From Oceanispirochaeta sp. (GTDB lineage: Bacteria; Spirochaetota; Spirochaetia; DSM-2461): DNA of 64,000 nucleotides. Below the pieces are notes generated by a model. That model did not search any database and was not told the origin of the DNA. It saw nothing but the letters and a program-made list of their open reading frames with translations. This document shows positions 39,061 through 48,761 of the stretch, piece after piece; position 1 is the stretch's first letter; the number at the start of each line of letters is the position of its first letter. The stretch lies in the NCBI GenBank assembly GCA_963666275.2, contig CAXXOA010000001.1, positions 32,001-96,000 of the forward strand. Direction: 5' to 3'. A program made the translations under genes and the position numbers.

Positions 39061-39867
39061 ATGAAAAGCGCATATAAACTGGTGGTCTGTGATCTCGACG
39101 GAACTCTGGTCAATGAGGAAAAGCAGATCTCCCGGAAGAACCGGGAGGCCATTGAACAGTTCCGGGAGTGCGGAGGTGAAATCACTTTTGCGACCGGCAG
39201 GATCGAAAAATCCGTCAAAAAGTACGCCACTGAGCTGAATGTCCGTGTTCCCATGATCCTCTATAACGGTGCCAGGATCTATCATCCCGAAACAGGGGAT
39301 GTGGTCCGGGATCTGACCCTCTCGGCATCAGAAGTCGGAAAAGCGGTTGAACTGATGGAACAGTTCCCCTTCGACTATATTTTCTACTCCGCAGGAGAGG
39401 CCTATATTCTGAAGTCCACTGAAGCCGTCCGGACCTATGAAAAAGGGGATGGATTCCAGTGCGTAGTGGATCCGGACATTGAAAAGATATCCCGGCTGAA
39501 GATAACCAAAATCCTGATGATCGGGGATAACAGATATTTCGAAGATTTCAGACGGCAGTTTCAGGCCGATCCGGAATGCCGGGCCAATCTGGTCCAGTCT
39601 GAGAATACCTACCTGGAAATACTCCCCGAAGGAGTTAACAAGGGAAATGCCCTGGAGGTCCTCTCTGATCATCTTGGTATTCCCATGAAGGAGATCATCT
39701 GCTTCGGAGACAATCTGAATGATCTGGAGATGATTGTCAGAGCCGGAGTGGGCGTAGCCATGTCCAACGGGCGTGAGGAAGTCCGGGCTGCCGCAGATAT
39801 TGTGGCCCCAAGCAATAATGAAGATGGAGTGGGAAGCGTTCTGACTTCCCTGATGGAGGAATCGTAA
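39061..39867 (+). CDS. Cof-type HAD phosphatase (subfamily IIB)
   Basis: DLDGTL, ATGR, YNGA, NKGNAL, GDNLND. Confidence 0.93.
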   Translation: MKSAYKLVVCDLDGTLVNEEKQISRKNREAIEQFRECGGEITFATGRIEKSVKKYATELNVRVPMILYNGARIYHPETGDVVRDLTLSASEVGKAVELMEQFPFDYIFYSAGEAYILKSTEAVRTYEKGDGFQCVVDPDIEKISRLKITKILMIGDNRYFEDFRRQFQADPECRANLVQSENTYLEILPEGVNKGNALEVLSDHLGIPMKEIICFGDNLNDLEMIVRAGVGVAMSNGREEVRAAADIVAPSNNEDGVGSVLTSLMEES

Positions 39868-40742
39868 TGAAGGATATTACAATGGTAGGTCATATATCCA
39901 GGGATATCATGATCTATGAGGAGGAGACTCAGCGTTTTACAGGAGGGCCGGTCATCTACTCTTCCGTGGCTGCGGCCCGTTCGGGAGCCCGGGTGCAGGT
40001 GATCACGGCCTGCAGCGAAGAAGACGACAGGTCTCTGGATGTCATGAGAGATAACGGAGTGGATGTGGTCCGCCTGGAATCGGAAACTTCCACGAGTATT
40101 GAAAATATCTATCTATCTGCCGACAGGGAGAGGCGGAAAGTCACACTCCTGTCCCAGGCTGTTCCCTTCAGCACGGAGAATTTCCCGGAAACAGAGAGCC
40201 GGATCTATCATCTGGCAGGGCTTTTCCGGGGGGAGATTCCCGATGACTTTATTCCCTATTTTGCAGCAAAAGGACGCCTGGGGATTGATGCGCAGGGACT
40301 GCTGCGCTGCAGTGAAGAGGGCAAGCTCCTCTTCCGGAACTGGGAGAATATGGATGACCTGATGCCCCATGTCTCCTTTTTCAAGGTCGATGCCGCGGAA
40401 GCCGAGATCCTGACAGGATTGAATAACCGGGAGGAAGCGGCAAAGGTTCTTGCCGGGAAGGGCGCTGATGAGGTCGTCCTGACCCATAATAATGAGGTCC
40501 TTGTCGTGGCGGAGGGGAAGGTTTTCCGGGCGCCCTACAATCCGTCGAATCTGTCGGGAAGGACCGGACGGGGAGATACCACCTTTGCCGCCTACATGGC
40601 CAGGAGGCTCAGCGCCGGACCGGAGGAGAGCACCTATTACGCCGCGGCCCTCTGTTCCATCAAAATGGAGCAGCCCGGTCCTTTTTCCGGAACTGAAGAG
40701 GATGTGTACAAGCGGATGGAGGCGATAGGGTTCAGAGCCTAG
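39867..40742 (+). CDS. PfkB/ribokinase-family kinase, PPi-dependent myo-inositol-kinase type (copy A)
   Basis: GGPVIYS, IDAQG, KVDAAEA, GRTGRGD in place of the usual DTTGAGD, and KME. Confidence 0.85.
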   Translation: MKDITMVGHISRDIMIYEEETQRFTGGPVIYSSVAAARSGARVQVITACSEEDDRSLDVMRDNGVDVVRLESETSTSIENIYLSADRERRKVTLLSQAVPFSTENFPETESRIYHLAGLFRGEIPDDFIPYFAAKGRLGIDAQGLLRCSEEGKLLFRNWENMDDLMPHVSFFKVDAAEAEILTGLNNREEAAKVLAGKGADEVVLTHNNEVLVVAEGKVFRAPYNPSNLSGRTGRGDTTFAAYMARRLSAGPEESTYYAAALCSIKMEQPGPFSGTEEDVYKRMEAIGFRA

Positions 40743-40805
40743 GAGTCTTTCCCTTTGAGGGCGGTAAAATTGTGAAATAATCCGCCTGAAAGGGAAAGAA
40801 AAAAA

Positions 40806-40853
40806 TTGACGGATCCTTTTTACCGTAGTACTATTACTTAAACGTTTTAGTAA
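40806..40853 (+). promoter_or_regulatory. Promoter and 20-bp LacI-type operator upstream of LacI-2
   Basis: TTGACG 40806, 17-nt spacer, TACTAT 40829; TTACTTAAACGTTTTAGTAA 40834-40853 with central CG. Confidence 0.78.
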
Positions 40854-40863
40854 TGAGGGTCAA

Positions 40864-41871
40864 TTGAGAGTTACCATAAAGGATATTGCCAGAAAAGCCG
40901 GAGTTTCTCCGGCTGCCGTATCCAAGGCATTGAATGGTCAGCCTGATATAGGAGAGGCCACCAGAGAGAATATCCTGCGCATAAGCAGGGAGCTGGGGTA
41001 CACGCCGAATATGATCGCCAGGAACCTTGTGAAGAAGGGAAATAAAACCGTAGGCGTTCTGATTCCGGATATCTCCACTCCGATCTATCCGGTGATCTAT
41101 AAAGGGATCAACGAAAGGGCCATGGAGTACGGGTATACTCTCTTTCTGGGTGATACAAAAAGGGATCTGGCAAATGAGCGGAAGTATATTGCCACCATGA
41201 TGGAAAACAGAGTGGCAGGACTACTTGTCAGTCCGGTGAGCAATGATATTTCCCATCTTGAGGAGGTTGTACAGAATCAGATACCAGTCATTTATTTCGG
41301 CGGTAAAGTCAATGAATCCATGAATGATTACATTGGTATTGATAATTTGCGGGGAGGAGCTCTGGCAGTTGAACATCTGACAGAACTGGGGCATCAGCGG
41401 ATTACCATGATCTGTGATGACCTGAATACCAGAACCCGGCATGACAGGGTGGAAGGATACAGAAAGGCGATGATCCAACGCGGTCTGACTCCTGATGTCT
41501 TTATCGACGATGAAGGCCTGAAGGGGAGAGAGTGCGGCAGTGCGGCTATCAACAGGATTCTGAAACGGAATCAGAAAGTTCCCACGGCGGTTTTTGCCCT
41601 GAATGACCTGATGGCTATCGGGGTCATGGAAGCTCTCAATACAGCAGGATTGCGGGTTCCCGAAGATATTTCTGTAATGGGTTACGATGATATCCCTTTT
41701 GCATCCCTTCCCATGATCGGTCTATCCACCATCTGGCAGCCCAAGTTTGAGACAGGTGAAATGGCTCTGGAGCAGCTGCATCACAGGATCATCAGAGATA
41801 ACTGGGAGGGGGAGAGACAGGTGGTACTGCAGCCGGAGCTGAGAGTCCGGACATCGACCTGCAGGGTCTGA
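40864..41871 (+). CDS. LacI-family regulator (LacI-2)
   Basis: TTG start; TIKDIARKAGVSPAAVSKALN, ARNL, VPEDISVMGYDD. Confidence 0.95.
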   Translation: MRVTIKDIARKAGVSPAAVSKALNGQPDIGEATRENILRISRELGYTPNMIARNLVKKGNKTVGVLIPDISTPIYPVIYKGINERAMEYGYTLFLGDTKRDLANERKYIATMMENRVAGLLVSPVSNDISHLEEVVQNQIPVIYFGGKVNESMNDYIGIDNLRGGALAVEHLTELGHQRITMICDDLNTRTRHDRVEGYRKAMIQRGLTPDVFIDDEGLKGRECGSAAINRILKRNQKVPTAVFALNDLMAIGVMEALNTAGLRVPEDISVMGYDDIPFASLPMIGLSTIWQPKFETGEMALEQLHHRIIRDNWEGERQVVLQPELRVRTSTCRV

Positions 41872-41887
41872 TATTTTTTTTAATTTG

Positions 41888-41907
41888 TTACTAAAACGTT
41901 TAAGTAT
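41888..41907. promoter_or_regulatory. Second copy of the LacI-2 operator, inverted
   Basis: TTACTAAAACGTTTAAGTAT matches the reverse complement of 40834-40853 at 19 of 20 positions. Confidence 0.78.
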
Positions 41908-41935
41908 ATGTTTAATTTTCCTGAAAGGAGTCCCT

Positions 41936-42628
41936 ATGGGGAAGTATAAGTATGAAATTCACGCCCATACGGCGGAAGTCAGCAGCTGCGGTCATGTAAA
42001 GGCGGCAGATGCTATAGCCCTGTACAAAGAGGCAGGGTATCAGGGCATTGTTTTTACAGATCATTTCAACCGGGAGTATTTTGACAGGCTCGATGGAATG
42101 GGCTGGGAGGAGATGATCGATGCTTTTCTGGAGGGGTACAGAAGTGCCCTGCCGGCGGCGCAGGCCCTTGATATGGATGTTTTCTGGGGAGTGGAACTCC
42201 GCTTTACAGAAAACGATAACGACTATCTGGTTTATGGCCTGGAAGAGGATTTTCTGAAAAGTCTGCCCTTTGTTCACACAACTTCCATAAAGGAGTTTAT
42301 GGAGCAGATCAGCAGCAGACCGGATATCCTTGTCTTTCAGGCTCATCCCTTCAGAGACGGCTGTTCTCTGGTGGATCCTCTGATTGTTGACGGACTGGAA
42401 GTTCATAACGGGAATCCCCGGCATGATTCCAGAGATGCACTGGCCGCGGAAATCGCCAGGGAGAATAACCTTCTTATTCTTTCGGGTTCGGACTTTCACA
42501 GGACGGGAGATCTGGCAACGGGAGGAATCATTTTACCCGAAAGAGTTGCATCCATGGGGGAATTTGTCTCCCGTGTGAAAAAACTGGACTGGGAATCACT
42601 CATAGTAAAGGAACGGGTATGCAGATAA
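41936..42628 (+). CDS. PHP-domain phosphoesterase
   Basis: ATG 41936 with AAGGAG; HAHT, TDH, QAHP, HNGN, GSDFH. Confidence 0.9.
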   Translation: MGKYKYEIHAHTAEVSSCGHVKAADAIALYKEAGYQGIVFTDHFNREYFDRLDGMGWEEMIDAFLEGYRSALPAAQALDMDVFWGVELRFTENDNDYLVYGLEEDFLKSLPFVHTTSIKEFMEQISSRPDILVFQAHPFRDGCSLVDPLIVDGLEVHNGNPRHDSRDALAAEIARENNLLILSGSDFHRTGDLATGGIILPERVASMGEFVSRVKKLDWESLIVKERVCR

Positions 42629-43377
42629 AGACAATTCTTTTTGATATGGGAGGGACCCTGGAGGACATCCATTATTCCGATAATGTCCCCCAGATCATAG
42701 GGAAAAGGATGGAGGAGATCCTTGAAATTCCCTTTGAAAAGATTACGGAGAAAAACGGCACTGATTTTTACAGTCACCTCCAGGGCCGCTATAAAGAGTA
42801 TCGGGATTTCAGGGAGAAAACCTGTATAGAGGTTCATCCCGCCATGGTATGGAAAGACTGGATTCTCAAGGGCCTGCCGGTGCCTGACTCCATTATTTTC
42901 GATAATCATGAAAAGCTGGCCTATTTCTGGGAAACCGAAGTGATCCAGCGCAGATGCCGCACAGAAGCGGTGGAAATGCTGAATGAGATCCGGAAAAGAG
43001 GAATCCGGATGGGAATAATAAGCAATACAGGCAGCTTCACCCAGGTTTACAAATCCCTGGATAAATACGGTATCCGGGATTTCTTTGAAAAAATTGCCCT
43101 TTCCGCAGACTACGGAATCAGAAAGCCTCATGGTTTTCTTTTCCGGGACATTATTAATCAGATGGGATGCGAAGCGGAAAATACACTTTATGTGGGTGAT
43201 ACGGTTTCCCGTGATGTAGTGGGCGCCAGGAACGCCGGACTGTACGGGTCTATTCAGATCTGCTCAGAGTTCACAAAACTGAGTGATCAGGAGCACAGTC
43301 CCGGAATCAAACCCGATTACATCATTCATGATCTGATGAGTATTCCCGAAATCGTGGACCGTATTAATCAGATCTGA
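42619..43377 (+). CDS. HAD-family hydrolase (subfamily IA-like)
   Basis: FDMGGTL, IISNT, RKP, YVGDTVSRDVVGA. Confidence 0.88.
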   Translation: MQIKTILFDMGGTLEDIHYSDNVPQIIGKRMEEILEIPFEKITEKNGTDFYSHLQGRYKEYRDFREKTCIEVHPAMVWKDWILKGLPVPDSIIFDNHEKLAYFWETEVIQRRCRTEAVEMLNEIRKRGIRMGIISNTGSFTQVYKSLDKYGIRDFFEKIALSADYGIRKPHGFLFRDIINQMGCEAENTLYVGDTVSRDVVGARNAGLYGSIQICSEFTKLSDQEHSPGIKPDYIIHDLMSIPEIVDRINQI

Positions 43378-43409
43378 AAGGAGGAAATTGTGAAAAAAAG
43401 GAGATATCT

Positions 43410-45248
43410 ATGGAAAATATAATCCAATCGGCAGTTTATGATAAATGGACAGGCAAAATCCGCTGCTCCATAAACAGAGCTGTCAATTATATACGAGACC
43501 CTCAGAATCTTCTGAGTGTGGTTTCTATCATTCTGCTGATCTATCTTGTGGCTTTTCCCCTCTGGGAAATCTTAAGTACCACATTTCAGCTTCAGTTCCG
43601 GGATTCCATGAAAACAGGCATTCCCGAAGGGTCATTCACGCTGCGCTACTGGGCATCCACCTTTGCCAGCGAAATCAGTAAGGCCATGTTTTACAAACCC
43701 CTGATGAATTCTCTGATGATTTCATTAAGTGTTTCGTTTTTCGGCATTATGATCGGAGGAATACTGGCCTGGCTGGTTTCCAGGACCGACCTGCCCATGA
43801 AGAAATTCTTCTCGTTCATCCTGGTGGTAGCCTATATGGTTCCCTCCTGGTGTAAAGCTCTTGCCTGGCAGGTTATGTTCAAGAACGACAGGATCGGAGG
43901 ACATCCGGGGATGTTTCAGGCCATTACCGGAGTCAGTCTTCCCGACTGGTTCTCCTACGGCTTTGTTCCCATTGTGGTGACCCTGTCGCTGCACTATTTT
44001 GTTTTCTCTTTTCTGCTGATCTCTTCCGCTCTGGCTTCCATCGGGGGAGACCTGGAGGAAATGGCAGAAATTACAGGGGCCAAACGGGGAACCATCCTGA
44101 GGAAAATTACTTTTCCCCTGGTCCTCCCGGCCATTCTGTCCTCATTTATTCTGACTTTTTCAAAAGCCATCGGTTCTTTCGGCGCTCCCGCTTTTCTGGG
44201 GCTGAAAGTAAACTATTACACTCTTTCCACCATGATCTATGCCAATATCAGGAACAGAATGACCACTCAGGCATTCACCCTGGGAATCGTTCTGATGGTT
44301 GTGGCCAGTTTTACTGTCTACCTCAACCAGAAAGCTATCGGTAAAAGGAAGAGTTTTACCACCATCGGCGGAAAAAGCACAAGAAAGAACTTCATCAAGC
44401 TGAAAAAGCTGAAACCGGTGATTACGGCTCTGGTTCTGCTCTTTGTTATTCTCGGAGTGATCATGCCCCTGGTGGTGCTGGTCCTTCAGAGTGTTATGCT
44501 CACCGAAGGAGTCTACAGCCTGGATAATCTGACCCTCCATTTCTGGATAGGCGATGGAAACCCGGCTATTGCCGACGGAGAAGCCGGTATCTTTCATAAT
44601 CCGCGTATATGGAAAGCCCTTTTCAATACCCTGAGGCTTGTCTTTATTGTGTCCATTATAGCAACTGTGGCGGGACTGCTTCTGGGGTATCTCATATCCC
44701 GGGGAAGAAGGAAAATGAGCGGCAGATTTATTGAACAGATCTCTTTTACGCCCATGCTGATTCCCTCTATTGCCCTGAGTACCATTTATCTCTCCATGTT
44801 TTCCAAACCCCAGCTGTTTCTGCCGGTGCTCTACGGAACATTTGCCCTGCTTGTGCTTATCAGTATTGTCAAATATCTGCCCTTTGCGGTCCGTTCCGGA
44901 ACCAGCAGCATGATGCAGATCAATACGGAGCTGGAAGAGGCGGCCAAGATTGAAGGAACCCCCTGGGTGAAAATCTTTTCAAAGCTAATCCTTCCCCTGG
45001 CAAAGGGCGGTGTCTTCAGTGCTTTTCTTCTGATCTTTATCAGCGGAATGAAAGAACTGGCGCTGATTATGCTTCTGGTTACTCCTGAAACAGCCACCCT
45101 TACCACTTTGACCTACGCCTATACAGAGTCGGGGTTTGAGCAGTTTTCCAATGCCATTACTACACTGATCATTTTTATCATTATCACTGTGAACTTTATT
45201 GCTCGGAAAGTGAGCAAAGCGGACATTTCCAAAGGAATAGGAGGTTGA
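43410..45248 (+). CDS. Fused ABC permease, transporter 4
   Basis: LVSRTDLP, LEEMAEITGA, SFGAPAFLG, LEEAAKIEG. Confidence 0.92.
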   Translation: MENIIQSAVYDKWTGKIRCSINRAVNYIRDPQNLLSVVSIILLIYLVAFPLWEILSTTFQLQFRDSMKTGIPEGSFTLRYWASTFASEISKAMFYKPLMNSLMISLSVSFFGIMIGGILAWLVSRTDLPMKKFFSFILVVAYMVPSWCKALAWQVMFKNDRIGGHPGMFQAITGVSLPDWFSYGFVPIVVTLSLHYFVFSFLLISSALASIGGDLEEMAEITGAKRGTILRKITFPLVLPAILSSFILTFSKAIGSFGAPAFLGLKVNYYTLSTMIYANIRNRMTTQAFTLGIVLMVVASFTVYLNQKAIGKRKSFTTIGGKSTRKNFIKLKKLKPVITALVLLFVILGVIMPLVVLVLQSVMLTEGVYSLDNLTLHFWIGDGNPAIADGEAGIFHNPRIWKALFNTLRLVFIVSIIATVAGLLLGYLISRGRRKMSGRFIEQISFTPMLIPSIALSTIYLSMFSKPQLFLPVLYGTFALLVLISIVKYLPFAVRSGTSSMMQINTELEEAAKIEGTPWVKIFSKLILPLAKGGVFSAFLLIFISGMKELALIMLLVTPETATLTTLTYAYTESGFEQFSNAITTLIIFIIITVNFIARKVSKADISKGIGG

Positions 45249-45249
45249 T

Positions 45250-46392
45250 ATGAGCCGGATTGAATTGAATAAGGTAAATAAATTTTATGATAAAGTGCAT
45301 ATCCTCAAAGATGTGGACCTGGTAATAGAACAGGGCGATTTCATGACCCTTCTGGGCCCCTCTGGCTGTGGGAAAACCACCACGCTCCGGGTCATTTCGG
45401 GACTGGAGAATCCCCAGAGCGGGACTGTTGTTATCGACGGTCAGTCTGTGGCTGATCCTGTGACCGGAAAATTCGCCCCTCCCTCCAAAAGGAATCTGAA
45501 TCTTGTTTTTCAGAGCTATGCGCTCTGGCCCCATATGACTGTATTTGACAATGTGGCATTCGGTCTGACAGTTAAAAAAGAGCCAAAAAGTGAAATAAAG
45601 AAAAAAGTCATGGCCGCTCTGGAGAAAATGCAGATAGCCGAGTACGCCGAAAGGTATCCTTCCGAGCTTTCAGGAGGTCAGCAGCAGAGGGTCGCCATTG
45701 CCCGGGCGATCGTTTCCCAGCCCAAGATCCTCCTGCTGGATGAACCTCTTTCCAACCTGGATGCCAAGCTCCGGGTGGATATGAGAGCCGAGCTGAAAAG
45801 GCTGCATAAGGATCTGAAAACCACCATTATCTATGTGACTCACGATCAGGTGGAGGCTCTGACCCTCTCTTCAAAGATTGCTGTTTACTTCGAGGGGGTT
45901 CTTACCCAGTGCAATACCCCGTCGGAAATCTATAACAATCCATCCACCCTCAAGGTGGCGGAGTTTATCGGTAATCCTAAAATCAACTTTATCAAAGGGG
46001 TCGTTAATGACATGGAGAAGGGGCAGCTCAAGGTGAAAAGCTCCTTCGGAGAGATTTCTCTCAAAGATATCGATGCCAGAGACAGTGGGATTGTAAAACT
46101 CTTCAGTGAGAATAATCCGGGATCCGAGGTGACCCTTGCCATCCGTCCAGAGGACATTCTTGTTTCCAGAGAGAAGGCGGAAGGGGCTTTCCCCTGCACA
46201 GTCGTTTCCATTCTGCCCGCCGGATCGGAAACCCTTCTGGAACTGGAAATGGGAGATTCTCTGCTCATGGCCAAAGAGATTGGTCAGCACCGGTATGAAA
46301 TGGGCGATGTCCTGTTTGCCACGTTAAAGCAGGAGAGGATGAATGTGTATGAGAACGGAGAGGGATCCCTGGTGGTTCGTGCCGTTGACTGA
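45250..46392 (+). CDS. ABC ATP-binding protein, transporter 4
   Basis: GPSGCGKTT, FQSYALWPH, LSGGQQQR, DEPLSNLD. Confidence 0.95.
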   Translation: MSRIELNKVNKFYDKVHILKDVDLVIEQGDFMTLLGPSGCGKTTTLRVISGLENPQSGTVVIDGQSVADPVTGKFAPPSKRNLNLVFQSYALWPHMTVFDNVAFGLTVKKEPKSEIKKKVMAALEKMQIAEYAERYPSELSGGQQQRVAIARAIVSQPKILLLDEPLSNLDAKLRVDMRAELKRLHKDLKTTIIYVTHDQVEALTLSSKIAVYFEGVLTQCNTPSEIYNNPSTLKVAEFIGNPKINFIKGVVNDMEKGQLKVKSSFGEISLKDIDARDSGIVKLFSENNPGSEVTLAIRPEDILVSREKAEGAFPCTVVSILPAGSETLLELEMGDSLLMAKEIGQHRYEMGDVLFATLKQERMNVYENGEGSLVVRAVD

Positions 46393-46473
46393 GACCAATA
46401 AGGGTTAGGTTCGGGAAACTCCCCGCAAGGGGATTTCCTGATAATAATAGATTCTATTCTAAAGGAGCGTTCT

Positions 46474-47646
46474 ATGTTGAAAATGAGAAAGGTCGGATTT
46501 TTTCTATTTACCGCACTTCTGGTATTGTCTTTTTCCGGATGCAGTAAAAAAGCCGCGGACACTGTTCAGGCCGTCGAAGAAAAAAGTTGGGACGAGCAGG
46601 TCGGTCTGGCCGAAAACCTGAGCACCGAGGAACTGTATGAGAAAGCCAAGGAGGAAGGCACAGTTACAGTTTATTCCATGTCCAGCAGATTCAACGATGT
46701 AAAGGAGACTTTTGAAGCTCAGTATCCCGGGGTCGAAGTTGTCGTTTATGACATGAGAAACTCGGAAATTCTGGAAAAATTCCAGAGAGAGCATGAGGCG
46801 GGCATTAGAAATGCGGATCTTCTTTTTGTGAAAGATACGGATGGCGCCGTGTACAATGAGTTTGTCAGAATGGGACTGCTGAAAGAGTTCGTCCCCCAGG
46901 ATATGATGAAAACCGCCCCTGCCAGTTTTCAGAAAGGCGGCTATGCTCCCTATTTTGAAATGAAGCAGGTGTTCTACAATACCGAAGTCTATGATTCCTG
47001 TCCTATCGACAGCTGGTGGGATCTGACCCGGCCTGAATACAGGGGAAAAATCATACTGAGAAGTCCCATTGAAAACTCTGAAATCATGGGTCTTTTTACA
47101 GCGATTGTGAAAAACAGTGACGAAATGGAACAGGCTTATAAAAAAGAGTTCGGCCAGGACATTGTGCTGAATGACACTAAAAATGCCGGTTTTGAGTTCC
47201 TGAAAAGACTGACAGACAATGACCTTATCGTGATGACCAGTGATACGGACATCGTCGAAGCCGTGGGAACTCCCGGACAGATTGATCCTCCCTTCGGAAT
47301 CGCCACTTCCAGTAAAATGCGGAAAGCCGGTCCCAACCTGATGATCAATGTTGCGGAAGATCTCTCCCCCCGTCTTGGTATTGTCGATCCGGCCTACCTT
47401 TACATCGCCGATCACTCCGAGCACGTGAATGCGGCCAAACTGGTTATGAGATGGGTCGGCGGAGAAGCTGATGGATCCGGAGCCGGATTCAATCCCTTCC
47501 ATGTCAGGGGTTCCTGGCCTTCCAGAGCGGATGTTGAACCTGTTCAGACTCCTGCCCTGGCGTCTCTGAATCTCTGGGATCTGGACCTGGAATACAACTA
47601 CAGCGTTCTGGATGATATGAGAAATTTCTGGATTACCCTGCAGTAA
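46474..47646 (+). CDS. ABC substrate-binding lipoprotein, transporter 4 (different subfamily from SBPs 1-3)
   Basis: Lipobox FSGC; LYEKAKEEGTVTVYS, FEAQYPGV, YNTE, SWWDLT. Confidence 0.88.
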   Translation: MLKMRKVGFFLFTALLVLSFSGCSKKAADTVQAVEEKSWDEQVGLAENLSTEELYEKAKEEGTVTVYSMSSRFNDVKETFEAQYPGVEVVVYDMRNSEILEKFQREHEAGIRNADLLFVKDTDGAVYNEFVRMGLLKEFVPQDMMKTAPASFQKGGYAPYFEMKQVFYNTEVYDSCPIDSWWDLTRPEYRGKIILRSPIENSEIMGLFTAIVKNSDEMEQAYKKEFGQDIVLNDTKNAGFEFLKRLTDNDLIVMTSDTDIVEAVGTPGQIDPPFGIATSSKMRKAGPNLMINVAEDLSPRLGIVDPAYLYIADHSEHVNAAKLVMRWVGGEADGSGAGFNPFHVRGSWPSRADVEPVQTPALASLNLWDLDLEYNYSVLDDMRNFWITLQ

Positions 47647-47704
47647 GTTAAAAAAACGGGACAGCCTGAGTGCAGGCTGTCCTATCTGAAAAGGATATTT
47701 CACA

Positions 47705-48583
47705 ATGCAATATGATATAACTATGATCGGCCATGTCTGCAAGGATACCCTGGAGGATATGGGACAGATCTCCCATAGTCTGGGAGGGGCGGTCTATTAC
47801 TCCTCCATCGCCGCAGCAAGAAGCGGTTCCCGAATCCATGTGGTCACAAAGGCATCCCTTCAGGATGATCTTCTGATGGACGTTATGCGCAAGAATGGCG
47901 TTGAGGTCACACGGCTTGACGACGATAAAACTACCGAAATCAAGCTGATTTATGATTCTCCCGACAGGGAAAGACGGCAGGTCATCCTGGAGCAGCAGGC
48001 CGAACCATTCGCCACAGCGGGATTCCCCGCCTCGGAAAGCAGGATCTATCATATGGCAGGACTGTTCAAAGGGGAAATCCCGGATGATTTTATTCCCTTC
48101 CTCGCCGAGAGGGGAGAGGTGGCCATGGACGTGCAGGGGGTTCTGCGATGCAGTGAAGAGGGAAACCTGGTTTTCCGTAACTGGGAACTGGCCAATGAAT
48201 ACCTTCCCCGGGTTACCTATCTGAAAACCGATGCGGCGGAAGCGGAAATTCTGACAGGCCTGAAAGACAGGGAAGCCGCCGCCCGGGAGCTGGCAGCAAA
48301 GGGTGTGAGGGAAGTGATGATCACCCACAATGAAGAAGTCCTTCTTCTGGCAGAGGGCAAAATGATGAAGGCTCCCTTCAATCCGGCGAACCTTTCGGGA
48401 AGAACCGGTCGGGGAGATACCACCTTTGCGGCCTACCTTTCCAAACGGCTGGAAGCGGGGCCCTATGAATCCCTCTTTTACGCCGCCGCCCTCTGTTCCA
48501 TAAAAATGGAGAGTCCCGGTCCCTATCTGGGAGGGATTTCCGAGGTATACAAACGGATGGAGCAGATAGGATACAGGCAGTAA
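47705..48583 (+). CDS. PfkB/ribokinase-family kinase, PPi-dependent myo-inositol-kinase type (copy B)
   Basis: Paralogue of 39867..40742; KTDAAEA, APFNPANLSGRTGRGD, CSIKME. Confidence 0.85.
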   Translation: MQYDITMIGHVCKDTLEDMGQISHSLGGAVYYSSIAAARSGSRIHVVTKASLQDDLLMDVMRKNGVEVTRLDDDKTTEIKLIYDSPDRERRQVILEQQAEPFATAGFPASESRIYHMAGLFKGEIPDDFIPFLAERGEVAMDVQGVLRCSEEGNLVFRNWELANEYLPRVTYLKTDAAEAEILTGLKDREAAARELAAKGVREVMITHNEEVLLLAEGKMMKAPFNPANLSGRTGRGDTTFAAYLSKRLEAGPYESLFYAAALCSIKMESPGPYLGGISEVYKRMEQIGYRQ

Positions 48584-48761
48584 AGCCTGTACGGGGAAAA
48601 ACACTTTCTTTTACAGAAAGGTCTCTTTAATGAGCCCTTTCTGTCTCACTATTTTCACCTTCTAATATCAATTTCCCGCTGTATATCTGGATATTCAGGA
48701 ATAATCAGTTATCAGGATAATGAAATACTGTTGAGAACACCCATCTTTACTGCAATGACTT

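Noticed and set aside
22067..47646. Calling the four ABC systems iron(III) transporters
   Set aside because: The context is phosphatases, kinases and LacI regulators, and I noticed no iron-related genes or Fur-like box. The family name alone does not give the substrate.
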